Of a stretch of DNA of 17,770 nt, positions 7,259 through 16,164 are shown in pieces. The notes under the pieces are model-generated. The model did not search any database. It saw only the letters and a program-made list of their open reading frames with translations, and was not told the DNA's origin. The stretch's first letter is position 1; each line of letters begins with the position of its first letter. Made by a program: the position numbers and the translations under genes. This DNA is from a virus: UHGV virus genome UHGV-0302460; one strand, written 5' to 3'.

Positions 7259-8050
7259 ATGAGCGAGAAATTAAAGATAGTCTATCGCCCATTACAAGAA
7301 TTGTCACCGTATGCGCACAACGCCAGGACGCACAGTACTGAGCAGGTGGCACAACTGGTAGAAAGTATTAAGCAATTCGGCTGGACTAATCCGGTGCTGA
7401 TTGACGAAAAGGGCGAAATTATTGCGGGTCACGGTCGTGTTATGGCGGCTGAAATGCTCAAAATGGATTCTGTTCCGGTCATTGTTCTGTCTGGCCTGAC
7501 GGATGAGCAGAAAAAGGCGTACCGCCTGGCAGATAATCGCCTGCCGATGAATGCTGGCTGGGATGAAGATCTGTTGCGGATGGAGCTGTCGGACCTAATC
7601 AATGCTGATTTTGATGTCTCCCTGACAGGCTTCATCCCGACAGAAATTGATGAACTGTTGACGGATGTTTTGCCCGGTACAGGAAATGAGGAGGAGCCGT
7701 ATACGACGAAAATTGATACGCCTGTTTATGAGCCGTCGGGCGGTAAACCGGATATCAGTGAACTGTACGACGATACGAAAACTCAGGAGCTGATCAGCCG
7801 GATACGTTCGGCGTCCCTTGAGCCTGATATTGAGAAATTCCTCCTGTGTGCGGCAGAACGTCACACGGTGTTTAATTTCAGCAGAATTGCGGACTATTAC
7901 GCTCACGCCCCCTCTGAAATTCAGTGTTTTTTCGAGGAGTCGGCGCTGGTGATCATTGATTATCAGCAGGCTATTGAAAATGGATTTGTCCGGATGACGC
8001 AGCGCATGGTGGAGATCATGCATGGTGGTGAGGAGGAGGAATATGCGTGA
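7259..8050 (+). CDS. ParB-like nuclease domain protein
   Basis: The 263-aa N-terminus IVYRPLQELSPYAHNARTHSTEQVAQLVESIKQFGWTNPVLIDEKGEIIAGHGRVMAA fits the ParB/Srx N-terminal domain pattern (GxGR motif). The position after trkG matches the ynaK region of Rac. Confidence 0.7.
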   Translation: MSEKLKIVYRPLQELSPYAHNARTHSTEQVAQLVESIKQFGWTNPVLIDEKGEIIAGHGRVMAAEMLKMDSVPVIVLSGLTDEQKKAYRLADNRLPMNAGWDEDLLRMELSDLINADFDVSLTGFIPTEIDELLTDVLPGTGNEEEPYTTKIDTPVYEPSGGKPDISELYDDTKTQELISRIRSASLEPDIEKFLLCAAERHTVFNFSRIADYYAHAPSEIQCFFEESALVIIDYQQAIENGFVRMTQRMVEIMHGGEEEEYA

Positions 8051-8975
8051 TGATTTTTGCGCCTTTATTCTGACTCACGGGCGACCGGACAAAGTTCTGA
8101 CTTACCGGACGTTGCGTCGTGCTGGCTATACCGGGAAAATTTTTATCGTTGTTGATGATGAAGATAAGACACGGAATCAGTACATGGCTGAATTTGGTGA
8201 ACAGGTGCTGGTGTTTTCCAAAGCCGATATCGCCAGTCGTTTTGACGAAGCCGATAATTTCTGTGACCGCCGCTCAATTTTTTACGCCCGTAATGCCTGT
8301 TTCGACCTGGCAAAACTGGTCGGGTGTAAATACTTCATTCAGCTCGATGATGATTATCACGAGTTCCAGTTTCGGGTGGATCGCAACTATGACCAGGCCT
8401 ATTTTCCGATAAGGAAACTGGATGCGATCCTTTCTGAAATGCTGGCGTACTACGAATCAATACCTGCTCTTTCCATCGCTATGTCGCAGGGCGGGGATTT
8501 TCTTGGTGACAATGGCGGCCATGCTTCGTGGGTGAAACGCAAGGCAATGAACAGCTTTATCTGTTCGGTTGATCGACCGTTCTCATTCATGGGGCGCATT
8601 AACGAGGATGTGAATACGTACACGAATCTCGGTCGCTGTGGTGAATTGTTTATGACGATCGGTGCTGTCCAGTTAGGGCAGAAACAGACGCAGAAAAACA
8701 GCGGCGGAATGACCGAGCTGTATCTGGATTCCGCAACCTACGTTAAAAGTTTTTACTCCGTCATGTATGCGCCGTCGTGCGTAAAAATCTCACTGATGGG
8801 TGCCAGCCATAAACGCATTCACCATCAGGTCACCTGGAACAACGCTGCAGTAAAAATCCTTCACGAAAAATACAGGAAGAAGACACCCTGCATATCAATG
8901 GGGGTGACAAATGATTCCGTATTCGAAAGTCGAGTCTCTGGCAGCGTGCCGGATGACTGCACAACAAATCGCTGA
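8043..8975 (+). CDS. Hypothetical protein with possible GT-A glycosyltransferase-like features; function unknown
   Basis: ATG at 8043 follows a strong SD (GAGGAGGAGGA, 8029..8039) and overlaps the ParB-like stop, so it is preferred over the ORF-track start at 8022. N-terminal FILTHGRPDKVL...KIFIVVDDED and a later QLDDDY motif resemble a GT-A Rossmann-like fold with a DxD motif; this is a weak, motif-level call. Confidence 0.5.
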   Translation: MRDDFCAFILTHGRPDKVLTYRTLRRAGYTGKIFIVVDDEDKTRNQYMAEFGEQVLVFSKADIASRFDEADNFCDRRSIFYARNACFDLAKLVGCKYFIQLDDDYHEFQFRVDRNYDQAYFPIRKLDAILSEMLAYYESIPALSIAMSQGGDFLGDNGGHASWVKRKAMNSFICSVDRPFSFMGRINEDVNTYTNLGRCGELFMTIGAVQLGQKQTQKNSGGMTELYLDSATYVKSFYSVMYAPSCVKISLMGASHKRIHHQVTWNNAAVKILHEKYRKKTPCISMGVTNDSVFESRVSGSVPDDCTTNR

Positions 8976-9162
8976 CGTTCTGGATGTTGATCTGAACCGA
9001 CTGAAAGAAAATCGGGAAGCAATGACAGATTTTTATGCGGCCATCCGTAAGGGCAGAGCGAAAGGTGAAGCCGAGTTACGAGCGGCATTGTTTAAGCTTG
9101 CCAGAAAAGGGGATGCCTTTGCTCTGCGCGAACTACTCAGGGTGGATAAAAATCAGGACTAA
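8911..9162 (+). CDS. Small HTH-like protein, possibly terminase-associated
   Basis: 83-aa ORF immediately upstream of the small terminase. The helix-turn-helix-like segment MTAQQIADVLDVDLNRL is followed by a basic helical region. Start is uncertain (8911 or 8953); it overlaps the upstream gene by 65 nt if 8911 is used. Confidence 0.45.
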   Translation: MIPYSKVESLAACRMTAQQIADVLDVDLNRLKENREAMTDFYAAIRKGRAKGEAELRAALFKLARKGDAFALRELLRVDKNQD

Positions 9163-9165
9163 CTG

Positions 9166-10260
9166 ATGAGCAGACCGGACTGGGGGGCGTTGCAGCAGGA
9201 GTATATTGCTGAATACACCCGCTCCGGTATATCTCCGGTGGCATGGTGTGAAGCAAGGGGACTGAATTACGCAACAGCCCGTCGTTACATCAAAAAAACT
9301 CCGAAAAATGCGCAGACAGAAATGTGCAAAACTGCGCAAAAAAGTGCGCAGAAAAAATCTGCGCAGACTGCACAAAAGCGGAACGAAAAATCTCAGGAAA
9401 AAAAGCCAGTATTCGATGCGGGCCTGAATGAGGGCGACGCGGAGGAATTTTCGTTCTGTCCCGATGAATTCGGCATTTCTGACCAGCAGGCTAAGTTTGC
9501 GATGCTTGTTGCTCAGGGTAAAAAGCCGACAGAGGCGTACCGACTAGCCGGTTATGAGGGGCAAGGTGCGACAGCTAACAGCAACGCCAGTCGTATGCTT
9601 AGAAATGCCAGGGTTTTTCGCGCTATCAGCTACTTCCGCAATCAGTACCAGAAACGCTATACCGCAGACCTGGATTTACTAGTGAGTCAGTTGATGGCTA
9701 TTGTCCTGGCCGACCCCAATCAGCTTGCACAATTTCGCCGTGTTAACTGCCGTTATTGCTGGGGCGAGAATCATCTCTACCAGTGGCGCGATATAGCAGA
9801 ATTCGACAAGGCAGCGGCGCAGGCTTCCAGAGATGGCAAACCCGAACCGGAATATGGAGGCCTCGGCTTTGTTGATAACGCCATACCCAATCCGGACTGC
9901 CCGAAGTGCTGCGGTGAGGGAACGGGACAGCTTTATATGGCTGATACCACTCTGCTTGATGGGGATGCGCGGCAATTATATGCAGGGGCAAAATTCGGAA
10001 AATTCGGCGTTGAGATCCTGCTGGAGGATAAGGCTGCCGCCCGGCGTGAATTGTTGCGTTTGTTTTCTGCTGGCGGGGCTTTATGTGCAGATAAACGGCT
10101 ACAGGAACTGGAAATTGAACGGCGCAGAATGGAAAACCAGAAGCTGCGCAAAGAGATCGAAACGGTGGAAGATAATGAACATCCCCAGCCTGTGGCGATC
10201 AATATTAATGTGGTTGATGCCAGAGTAAGGAGTGATGAAGATGATCTCTCCGACGCTTAA
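9166..10260 (+). CDS. Terminase small subunit (P27-like family), long form with Cys4 motif
   Basis: Central segment ISDQQAKFAMLVAQGKKPTEAYRLAGYEG...NASRMLRNARV matches the terminase small-subunit signature. It sits directly upstream of the large terminase. It also has a low-complexity K/A/Q-rich stretch, a CRYCWG...CPKCCGEG zinc-ribbon-like motif and a C-terminal coiled-coil-like segment. Confidence 0.7.
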   Translation: MSRPDWGALQQEYIAEYTRSGISPVAWCEARGLNYATARRYIKKTPKNAQTEMCKTAQKSAQKKSAQTAQKRNEKSQEKKPVFDAGLNEGDAEEFSFCPDEFGISDQQAKFAMLVAQGKKPTEAYRLAGYEGQGATANSNASRMLRNARVFRAISYFRNQYQKRYTADLDLLVSQLMAIVLADPNQLAQFRRVNCRYCWGENHLYQWRDIAEFDKAAAQASRDGKPEPEYGGLGFVDNAIPNPDCPKCCGEGTGQLYMADTTLLDGDARQLYAGAKFGKFGVEILLEDKAAARRELLRLFSAGGALCADKRLQELEIERRRMENQKLRKEIETVEDNEHPQPVAININVVDARVRSDEDDLSDA

Positions 10261-11542
10261 TGTGCCTCAGGCGCGATTTCTTTCAATGCCCCATAAATTT
10301 AAAGCCTATATTGCTGGTTTTGGCTCGGGCAAAACATGGGTTGGGTGTGGCGGCATATGCAAGGGGATTTGGGAGCATCCAGGTATAAATCAGGGATATT
10401 TTGCGCCAACGTATCCCCAAATTCGCGATATTTTTTACCCTACAGTGGAAGAAGTTGCTGCTGACTGGGGATTGAACGTAAAAATTAATGAGGGAAATAA
10501 AGAGGTTCACTTTTATTACGGACGCCAGTATCGGGGAACCACTATCTGCAGATCGATGGAGAAGCCACAAACGATCGTCGGTTTCAAAATTGGTAATGCG
10601 TTGGTGGATGAACTGGACATTTTGCCGAAGGAAAAAGCCAGAACGGCGTGGCGCAAGATAATTGCACGTATGCGTTATAAGATTGATGGACTTCGCAACG
10701 GTATTGACGTTACAACCACGCCGGAAGGATTCAAATTTGTCTACGAGCAGTTTGTTAAAGCCGTGCGTGAAAAAACAGAGCTGGCCTCACTGTATGGTCT
10801 GGTGCAGGCATCTACTTTCGATAATGAAAAGAACCTGCCAGCAGATTACATTCCTTCGCTTCTTGAATCATACCCTCCAGAGCTGATTAAAGCCTATCTT
10901 CGAGGACAGTTTACTAACCTGACAAGTGGTACTGTTTACCATCAGTTTGACCGGAAACTGAATAATTGCGAAGAAGTGGAGCAGCCAGGGGAGCCGATTT
11001 ATATTGGGATGGATTTTAACGTTGGAAAGATGGCGGGAATCGTCCATGTGCTGCGTTTGGGGCTTCCATGTGCGGTAACTGAAATCATCAATGCCTACGA
11101 TACGCCGGATATGATCCGCATCATTAAAGAACGCTTCTGGCTGTATGATGGGAATGATTACCGGAAAGTGAGGGAAATTTATATTTATCCAGATGCTTCC
11201 GGGGATTCCAGAAAATCAAGTAACGCAAGTACGACGGATATAGCCCAGCTTAAGCAGGCTGGTTTTAACGTTGTGGTGAACAGCTCGAACCCGCCAGTAA
11301 AAGATCGCGTTAACTCAATGAATGCAATGTTCTGCAATGCCAATGGTGAGCGTCGCTATAAAGTTAATGTGAAGCGTTGCCCGTTATATGCCGAATCTCT
11401 GGAGCAACAGGTCTGGGATGAGAAGGGGGAGCCTGATAAAAAATCTGGCAATGATCACCCGAATGATGCCGGAGGTTATTTCATCGTTAAGCAATTCCCT
11501 ATTGTCAAACCGACCGGAAGAGTCACATCACTTCGGATTTAA
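10241..11542 (+). CDS. Terminase large subunit
   Basis: Walker A-like AGFGSGKTW near the N-terminus, nuclease-type acidic residues in the C-terminal half, and a position between small terminase and portal. The ATG at 10241 is preferred because of the AAGGAG at 10227..10232; alternative starts are the GTG at 10232 and the ATG at 10235. Confidence 0.85.
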   Translation: MISPTLNVPQARFLSMPHKFKAYIAGFGSGKTWVGCGGICKGIWEHPGINQGYFAPTYPQIRDIFYPTVEEVAADWGLNVKINEGNKEVHFYYGRQYRGTTICRSMEKPQTIVGFKIGNALVDELDILPKEKARTAWRKIIARMRYKIDGLRNGIDVTTTPEGFKFVYEQFVKAVREKTELASLYGLVQASTFDNEKNLPADYIPSLLESYPPELIKAYLRGQFTNLTSGTVYHQFDRKLNNCEEVEQPGEPIYIGMDFNVGKMAGIVHVLRLGLPCAVTEIINAYDTPDMIRIIKERFWLYDGNDYRKVREIYIYPDASGDSRKSSNASTTDIAQLKQAGFNVVVNSSNPPVKDRVNSMNAMFCNANGERRYKVNVKRCPLYAESLEQQVWDEKGEPDKKSGNDHPNDAGGYFIVKQFPIVKPTGRVTSLRI

Positions 11543-11544
11543 TT

Positions 11545-12951
11545 ATGGCTGATATATCAACACCCAACCTCGACTATAACGATATGCTGGAGGCGTGGGA
11601 TATTAACGACGCACTGATGGGCGGTACGCTTGAAATGCGCAGGCAGGGGGAAAATTATCTCCCAAAATGGCCTAACGAAGATGAAGACGCTTATAAAAAA
11701 CGCCTGTCTGTGGCTACGCTACTTCCTGTGTATGAAGAAAGCATCAAGCAAAATATTGGGCGCATATTTGCAGAGCCGACAGTATTGAGTGAGGAAACGC
11801 CGGCAAAAATCAGGGAATATGCAGAAAATATCGACATGGAGGGGAGCCGACTGGATGTGTGGGCGCAGCAATTTTTCAGCCTCGCATTTCAGTATGGTGT
11901 GGCACATGCGCTGGTGGACTATCCACGAACGGATATGAAAGAGATTCGTACAAAAGCCGATGAAAACGCGACCGGTGGTCGTCCGTACGTTACGATGCTG
12001 AATCCACGCCAGGTTATTGGATGGAAATCGAAAGTTGAAAAAGGGAAAGTTGTTCTCACTGATTTGCGTATAAAAGAGGTCATCATTATTGATGGTGATG
12101 ATTTCGGGCAGAAGAAGGTGGAGCAGATCCGCCATATTATGCCCCGTCGAGTTGAAATTTATCGACGTAGCGAAGGCACTAATGGCGAATCTGTCTGGAC
12201 GCTTCATGAGTCATGGAATACCAGCCGTGATGATATTCCTCTGGTAACACTGTACACGAAGAAAACAGGATTTATGCGTGGTACACCGCCATTGCTTAAT
12301 CTTGGCTTGCTGAATATCAAGCACTGGCAAAGCCAGAGCGAGCAGGACAATATTCTTCATGTTACCCGCGTTCCATTGCTGGTGGCCTACGGGCTGGACA
12401 GGAATGAAGAACTGACGGTTGGTGCATCCACCGCTACGATTTTTGAGGACAGAACAAAAAATGGCCTCGAATATGTTGAACATAGTGGCGCAGCGATAGA
12501 ATCTGGCGAAACATCACTTGAGAAGCTGGAAAATCAGATGCGTCATGCCGGCGCTAAACTTCTGCGTGCTGAAAATACATCCACCAAATCTGTTGATCAG
12601 ACTAATGAAGAGCGAATGCAGGAAAACTCGCCGCTTTATACAATGGCGAACTCCCTCGAAGATGCCCTCGATAATATTCTCCAGATAATGGCGGAATGGA
12701 TCGGAGAGAGTTGCGGTGGCAATGTGGATGTGCGCACTGAACTGGATGTATCTGCCCAGGTGTTTGACTCATCCTCCGCGCTGGCTGTTCAGTCATTGCG
12801 TCAGGGCGGTGATATACGTCAGATTGATGCGGTTCGGGTGTTGCAGGCGTTGAAATTTATCGATCAGGATTCCCGTCCAGAGGAAGTGATCGATGAATTA
12901 AAAAATCAGAGTGTAATGCTGATGGAAATCAATGATGCAAACCGTGAATGA
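11545..12951 (+). CDS. Phage portal protein
   Basis: 468-aa ORF immediately after the large terminase and before the head-morphogenesis gene, with size and position typical of a portal. No motif was verified. Confidence 0.7.
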   Translation: MADISTPNLDYNDMLEAWDINDALMGGTLEMRRQGENYLPKWPNEDEDAYKKRLSVATLLPVYEESIKQNIGRIFAEPTVLSEETPAKIREYAENIDMEGSRLDVWAQQFFSLAFQYGVAHALVDYPRTDMKEIRTKADENATGGRPYVTMLNPRQVIGWKSKVEKGKVVLTDLRIKEVIIIDGDDFGQKKVEQIRHIMPRRVEIYRRSEGTNGESVWTLHESWNTSRDDIPLVTLYTKKTGFMRGTPPLLNLGLLNIKHWQSQSEQDNILHVTRVPLLVAYGLDRNEELTVGASTATIFEDRTKNGLEYVEHSGAAIESGETSLEKLENQMRHAGAKLLRAENTSTKSVDQTNEERMQENSPLYTMANSLEDALDNILQIMAEWIGESCGGNVDVRTELDVSAQVFDSSSALAVQSLRQGGDIRQIDAVRVLQALKFIDQDSRPEEVIDELKNQSVMLMEINDANRE

Positions 12952-14047
12952 ACGGCTGCGTGATGAATCAATTGCTCATGCAGTCTGGATATCCCGCTAT
13001 AGCACTGGCGTGGCTGCCAGAATGGTGAAAATACTGAATGACAGCGATGCGGAACTTACTGCTCGCCTGCTGATAGCACTGGACAGCCTCGATCCAGGTA
13101 ATTTTACCGTTAAGCGCCTGGAGTCACTTCTGGCGAGCGTCAGAGAGGTTAACCGCACTGCTATTAACAGCATGTTTACCAGTCTCTCCGGAGAGCTGAA
13201 CGAGCTGGCAATTTATGAGGCTGGTTATCAGTTAAGTCTGTTTGATTCTATGCTACCTGATTTTGTTGCTGATGTTCACCCTCTGGTTGGTATCTCTCCT
13301 GATGCACTTTATGCCGCTGCAATGGCGCGACCATTCCAGGGACGACTGCTCAGTGAGTGGGCCTCAGATCTTGAGGCGGATCGGCTCAGACGCATAACAA
13401 ATACAGTGCGTCAGGGTTTTTTGCTGGGGGATACCAATGAGCAGATCGCAAGAAAAATTCGGGGACATGTCAGTAAGGGATTTCAGGATGGTGCATTGCA
13501 GATGAGCCGGGCTAATGCGGCCAGCATTGCAAAAACAGCGGTTGGACATCTTGCTGCTACTGCCCGTGAGAGTTTTGCCAGCGCGAATAATGATTTGATT
13601 AAGGGTAAGCAATGGTTATCAACGCTTGATAATCGTACTACGCCACAATGTCGAATCAGGGATCGCCTCAAATATACGCTGAATAATAAACCTGTAGGTC
13701 ACAGCGTGCCTTATTTGCAGGGGCCGGGAAAAATTCATTTCTGCTGCCGCTCAACGGAAACGTTCATTCTGAAATCAGCGAAGGAACTGGGTATTGATGT
13801 TCGCGATATTTCCCCGGCTGAGCGGGCCAGCATGGATGGCGTGGTGGCCGGAGATACAACCTACAGGGAATGGTTTTTGCGTCAGCCTTACACCAGACAA
13901 AAACAGATTGTGGGGGAAACCCGAGCAAAGCTGATTCGGGATGGTGGTATGTCGCCAGATGAATTTTACACCGATAAAGGCGAATGGCTGACGCTGAAGC
14001 AGCTCCGTGAGCGTGATGCACAGGTATTCAGAAAAGCAGGGATTTAA
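12932..14047 (+). CDS. Head morphogenesis protein (Mu F-like / SPP1 gp7-like minor head protein)
   Basis: 371 aa following the portal. Contains the characteristic ...LSTLDNRTTPQCRIRD... motif seen in Mu F-like head morphogenesis proteins. Confidence 0.7.
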   Translation: MMQTVNERLRDESIAHAVWISRYSTGVAARMVKILNDSDAELTARLLIALDSLDPGNFTVKRLESLLASVREVNRTAINSMFTSLSGELNELAIYEAGYQLSLFDSMLPDFVADVHPLVGISPDALYAAAMARPFQGRLLSEWASDLEADRLRRITNTVRQGFLLGDTNEQIARKIRGHVSKGFQDGALQMSRANAASIAKTAVGHLAATARESFASANNDLIKGKQWLSTLDNRTTPQCRIRDRLKYTLNNKPVGHSVPYLQGPGKIHFCCRSTETFILKSAKELGIDVRDISPAERASMDGVVAGDTTYREWFLRQPYTRQKQIVGETRAKLIRDGGMSPDEFYTDKGEWLTLKQLRERDAQVFRKAGI

Positions 14048-14066
14048 ATAAATCATTTATTACAAC

Positions 14067-14093
14067 AGGCTACCTTCGGGTGGCCTTTTTTAT
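14067..14093 (+). terminator. Putative rho-independent terminator (UUCG tetraloop hairpin plus T-tract)
   Basis: AGGCTACC-TTCG-GGTGGCCT forms an 8-bp stem (one G-T wobble) with a TTCG loop, followed by TTTTTTATT, just downstream of the head-morphogenesis stop. Confidence 0.55.
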
Positions 14094-14151
14094 TGCTGCG
14101 ATCCGGATGGTGAGCAGCGTAACTGTCGGAAGACTTAAACCAGGTACTAAT

Positions 14152-14916
14152 ATGAAACTGAAAACGGTCGAGATTAACGGAAAACAATACGCAGAAATTG
14201 ATACTGCTGGCCTGCCAGTTTATGTGCACGACGATGGTAAAGAAATTGGCTTCGATGCACCGCTGGCGACAAAAAAAATTACAGAGCTTAATGGCGAGGC
14301 AAAAAATCATCGCCTGGCTAAAGAAGCTGCAGAGGAAAAACTGGCTAAGTTTGCCGCTATCGAAGACCCGAAGAAGGCGATCGAGGCACTGGAAATGCTG
14401 TCAAAAATCGACCAGAAAAAGCTGCTCGATGCGGGACAGGTTGACCAGGTTAAGGCAGAAATTACGAAAAATTTTCAGCAGCAATTAGATGAAGAAAAGC
14501 AACGCTCTCAGATGCTGGAGAAGCAGCTTTACGATTCTATGATTGGCGGTAGTTTTGCGGGTTCAAAATATATTGCCGATAAAATTGCGATCCCGGCAGA
14601 TTTATTACAAGCCCGCTTCGGGCAGGCATTCAAAGTGGAAGAAGGGAGGATCGTTGCTTATGACGCTTCCGGCAACAAAATTTATTCCCGCGCGAAGCCT
14701 GGCGAACTGGCGCAGTTTGATGAGGCGCTGGAGTTCCTTGTCGAAAATTACCCTCAGAAAGACTACATCCTGAAAGCCAGTGGCAACAATGGCGGCGGCT
14801 CCCGTCCGACACAGCATGATATTGGTCAGAAAACGATGAAACGCTCTGCTTTTGATGCACTGGATGTTGCAGGTAAGCAAAACGCATTGAAAGACGGTAT
14901 CACAATCGTTGATTAA
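14152..14916 (+). CDS. Scaffolding protein (putative)
   Basis: About 254 aa, charged and predicted helical (EEKLAKFAAIEDPKKAIEALEMLSKIDQKKLL...), located immediately upstream of the major capsid gene. Start is uncertain (ATG 14152 preferred; ATG 14107 possible). The ORF-track start at 14080 would lie inside the terminator hairpin. Confidence 0.55.
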   Translation: MKLKTVEINGKQYAEIDTAGLPVYVHDDGKEIGFDAPLATKKITELNGEAKNHRLAKEAAEEKLAKFAAIEDPKKAIEALEMLSKIDQKKLLDAGQVDQVKAEITKNFQQQLDEEKQRSQMLEKQLYDSMIGGSFAGSKYIADKIAIPADLLQARFGQAFKVEEGRIVAYDASGNKIYSRAKPGELAQFDEALEFLVENYPQKDYILKASGNNGGGSRPTQHDIGQKTMKRSAFDALDVAGKQNALKDGITIVD

Positions 14917-15014
14917 CACATTTGTCAGCTTCCGGATGGGAGCTGGTGTCAGGGCTGGATAGCTCATTACTCCATCTATTCACAATTACGCAAATTTTTA
15001 AGGAATATTTAATT

Positions 15015-16154
15015 ATGGCTGGAAATACCCTGACCGGGTTGATCCCGACTATTTATACCGCCCTGGATGTTGTATCCCGTGAGCAGGTAGGTTTTATCCC
15101 TGCGGTAGCAAAAAACGCAAAAGCTGACGCCGCAGCAAAAGATCAGACGGTAACCGCGCCAGTTGCGCCTGAGGCGAAAACCGAAGATATCGTACCGGGG
15201 CCGTCAGCTCCGAATACCGGTGATCAAAATATTGGCACTGTTGATGTAAAAATTACTAAATCCAAAATGGCACCGGTTAAATGGAATGGTGAAGAACAAC
15301 TGGCTCTTGGCCCTTCAGGGACTTACAACACCATTCTGGCTGATCAGTTCAAGCAGGCTTTTCGCGCCCTTGCAAACGAGGTTGAGGCTGATCTTGGTGC
15401 GTTGTATTTCGGTGCTTCCCGCGCCGTGGGAACCGCAGGGACAACGCCGTTTGGTGTTAAAGATGATCTTTCTGATGCTGCTCTGGCTCGTCAGGTTCTG
15501 GAGGATAACGGCGCACCGACAACCGATCTGCAGATGGTGCTTGGCTCCACTGCCATTGCTAATTTGCGCGGAAAACAGTCTGTATTGTTTAAAGTGAATG
15601 AATCCGGCACTGAACAGCTACTGCGTGAGGGCGTGTTGGGGCGTCTGGAGGGATTCAATATTCACAGTTCGGCAGGTGTGAAACGAGCGCCAAAGGTTGC
15701 TGCAACTGGTTATCTCGTGAATGGAGAGAAAAAAGAAGGCGATGTTCTTATTTCCATTGATACTGGTTCGGGGAGTATTTCTGCAGGTCAGATTGTTACG
15801 TTCGCTGGTGATCCGAATCAGTATGTTGTGGCAGCAGCGACCAGCAATCTGATTACTCTTGCAGCGCCCGGACTGCGTCAGGATCTGGCCGATGATACTG
15901 CCATCACAGTTGTTGGGGCCTTTACGGCAAATATGGCGTTTGATCGCAACGCGTTTCTGCTGGCATCCCGTACTCCGGCAATGCCGGAAGGTGGCGATAA
16001 TGCTGATGATGTAATGAATGTTACGGACCCGATTTCAGGGATTACGTTCCAGATTGCACTGTATCGTCAGTATCGCCAGGTGCGCTATGAAGTTGGACTG
16101 GCATGGGGTGTTTCATCAGTGAAGCCGGCACATGGTTGTCTGATTCTTGGTTAA
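15015..16154 (+). CDS. Major capsid protein (putative)
   Basis: ATG at 15015 follows AAGGA. About 379 aa, downstream of the scaffold and followed by a strong terminator. Segments such as TPFGVKDDLSDAALARQVLEDNGAP and GVLGRLEGFNIHSS resemble phage coat proteins. Confidence 0.7.
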   Translation: MAGNTLTGLIPTIYTALDVVSREQVGFIPAVAKNAKADAAAKDQTVTAPVAPEAKTEDIVPGPSAPNTGDQNIGTVDVKITKSKMAPVKWNGEEQLALGPSGTYNTILADQFKQAFRALANEVEADLGALYFGASRAVGTAGTTPFGVKDDLSDAALARQVLEDNGAPTTDLQMVLGSTAIANLRGKQSVLFKVNESGTEQLLREGVLGRLEGFNIHSSAGVKRAPKVAATGYLVNGEKKEGDVLISIDTGSGSISAGQIVTFAGDPNQYVVAAATSNLITLAAPGLRQDLADDTAITVVGAFTANMAFDRNAFLLASRTPAMPEGGDNADDVMNVTDPISGITFQIALYRQYRQVRYEVGLAWGVSSVKPAHGCLILG

Positions 16155-16164
16155 ACATTCAAAC

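Noticed and set aside
7060-7341. 93-aa plus-strand ORF overlapping the end of trkG and the start of the ParB-like gene
   Set aside because: It overlaps two better-supported genes in other frames. Its middle is the trkG-ParB intergenic region.
9290-9400. Short tandem-like DNA periodicity (GCGCAGA/AAAA units), considered as a possible CRISPR or satellite repeat
   Set aside because: It is in frame inside the small terminase ORF and encodes a K/A/Q-rich low-complexity tract. It has no spacer-repeat architecture.
14080-14151. Upstream extension of the scaffold ORF (ORF-track start at 14080)
   Set aside because: The start would lie inside the terminator hairpin at 14067..14093 and is not an ATG. 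A downstream ATG (14152 or 14107) is more plausible.
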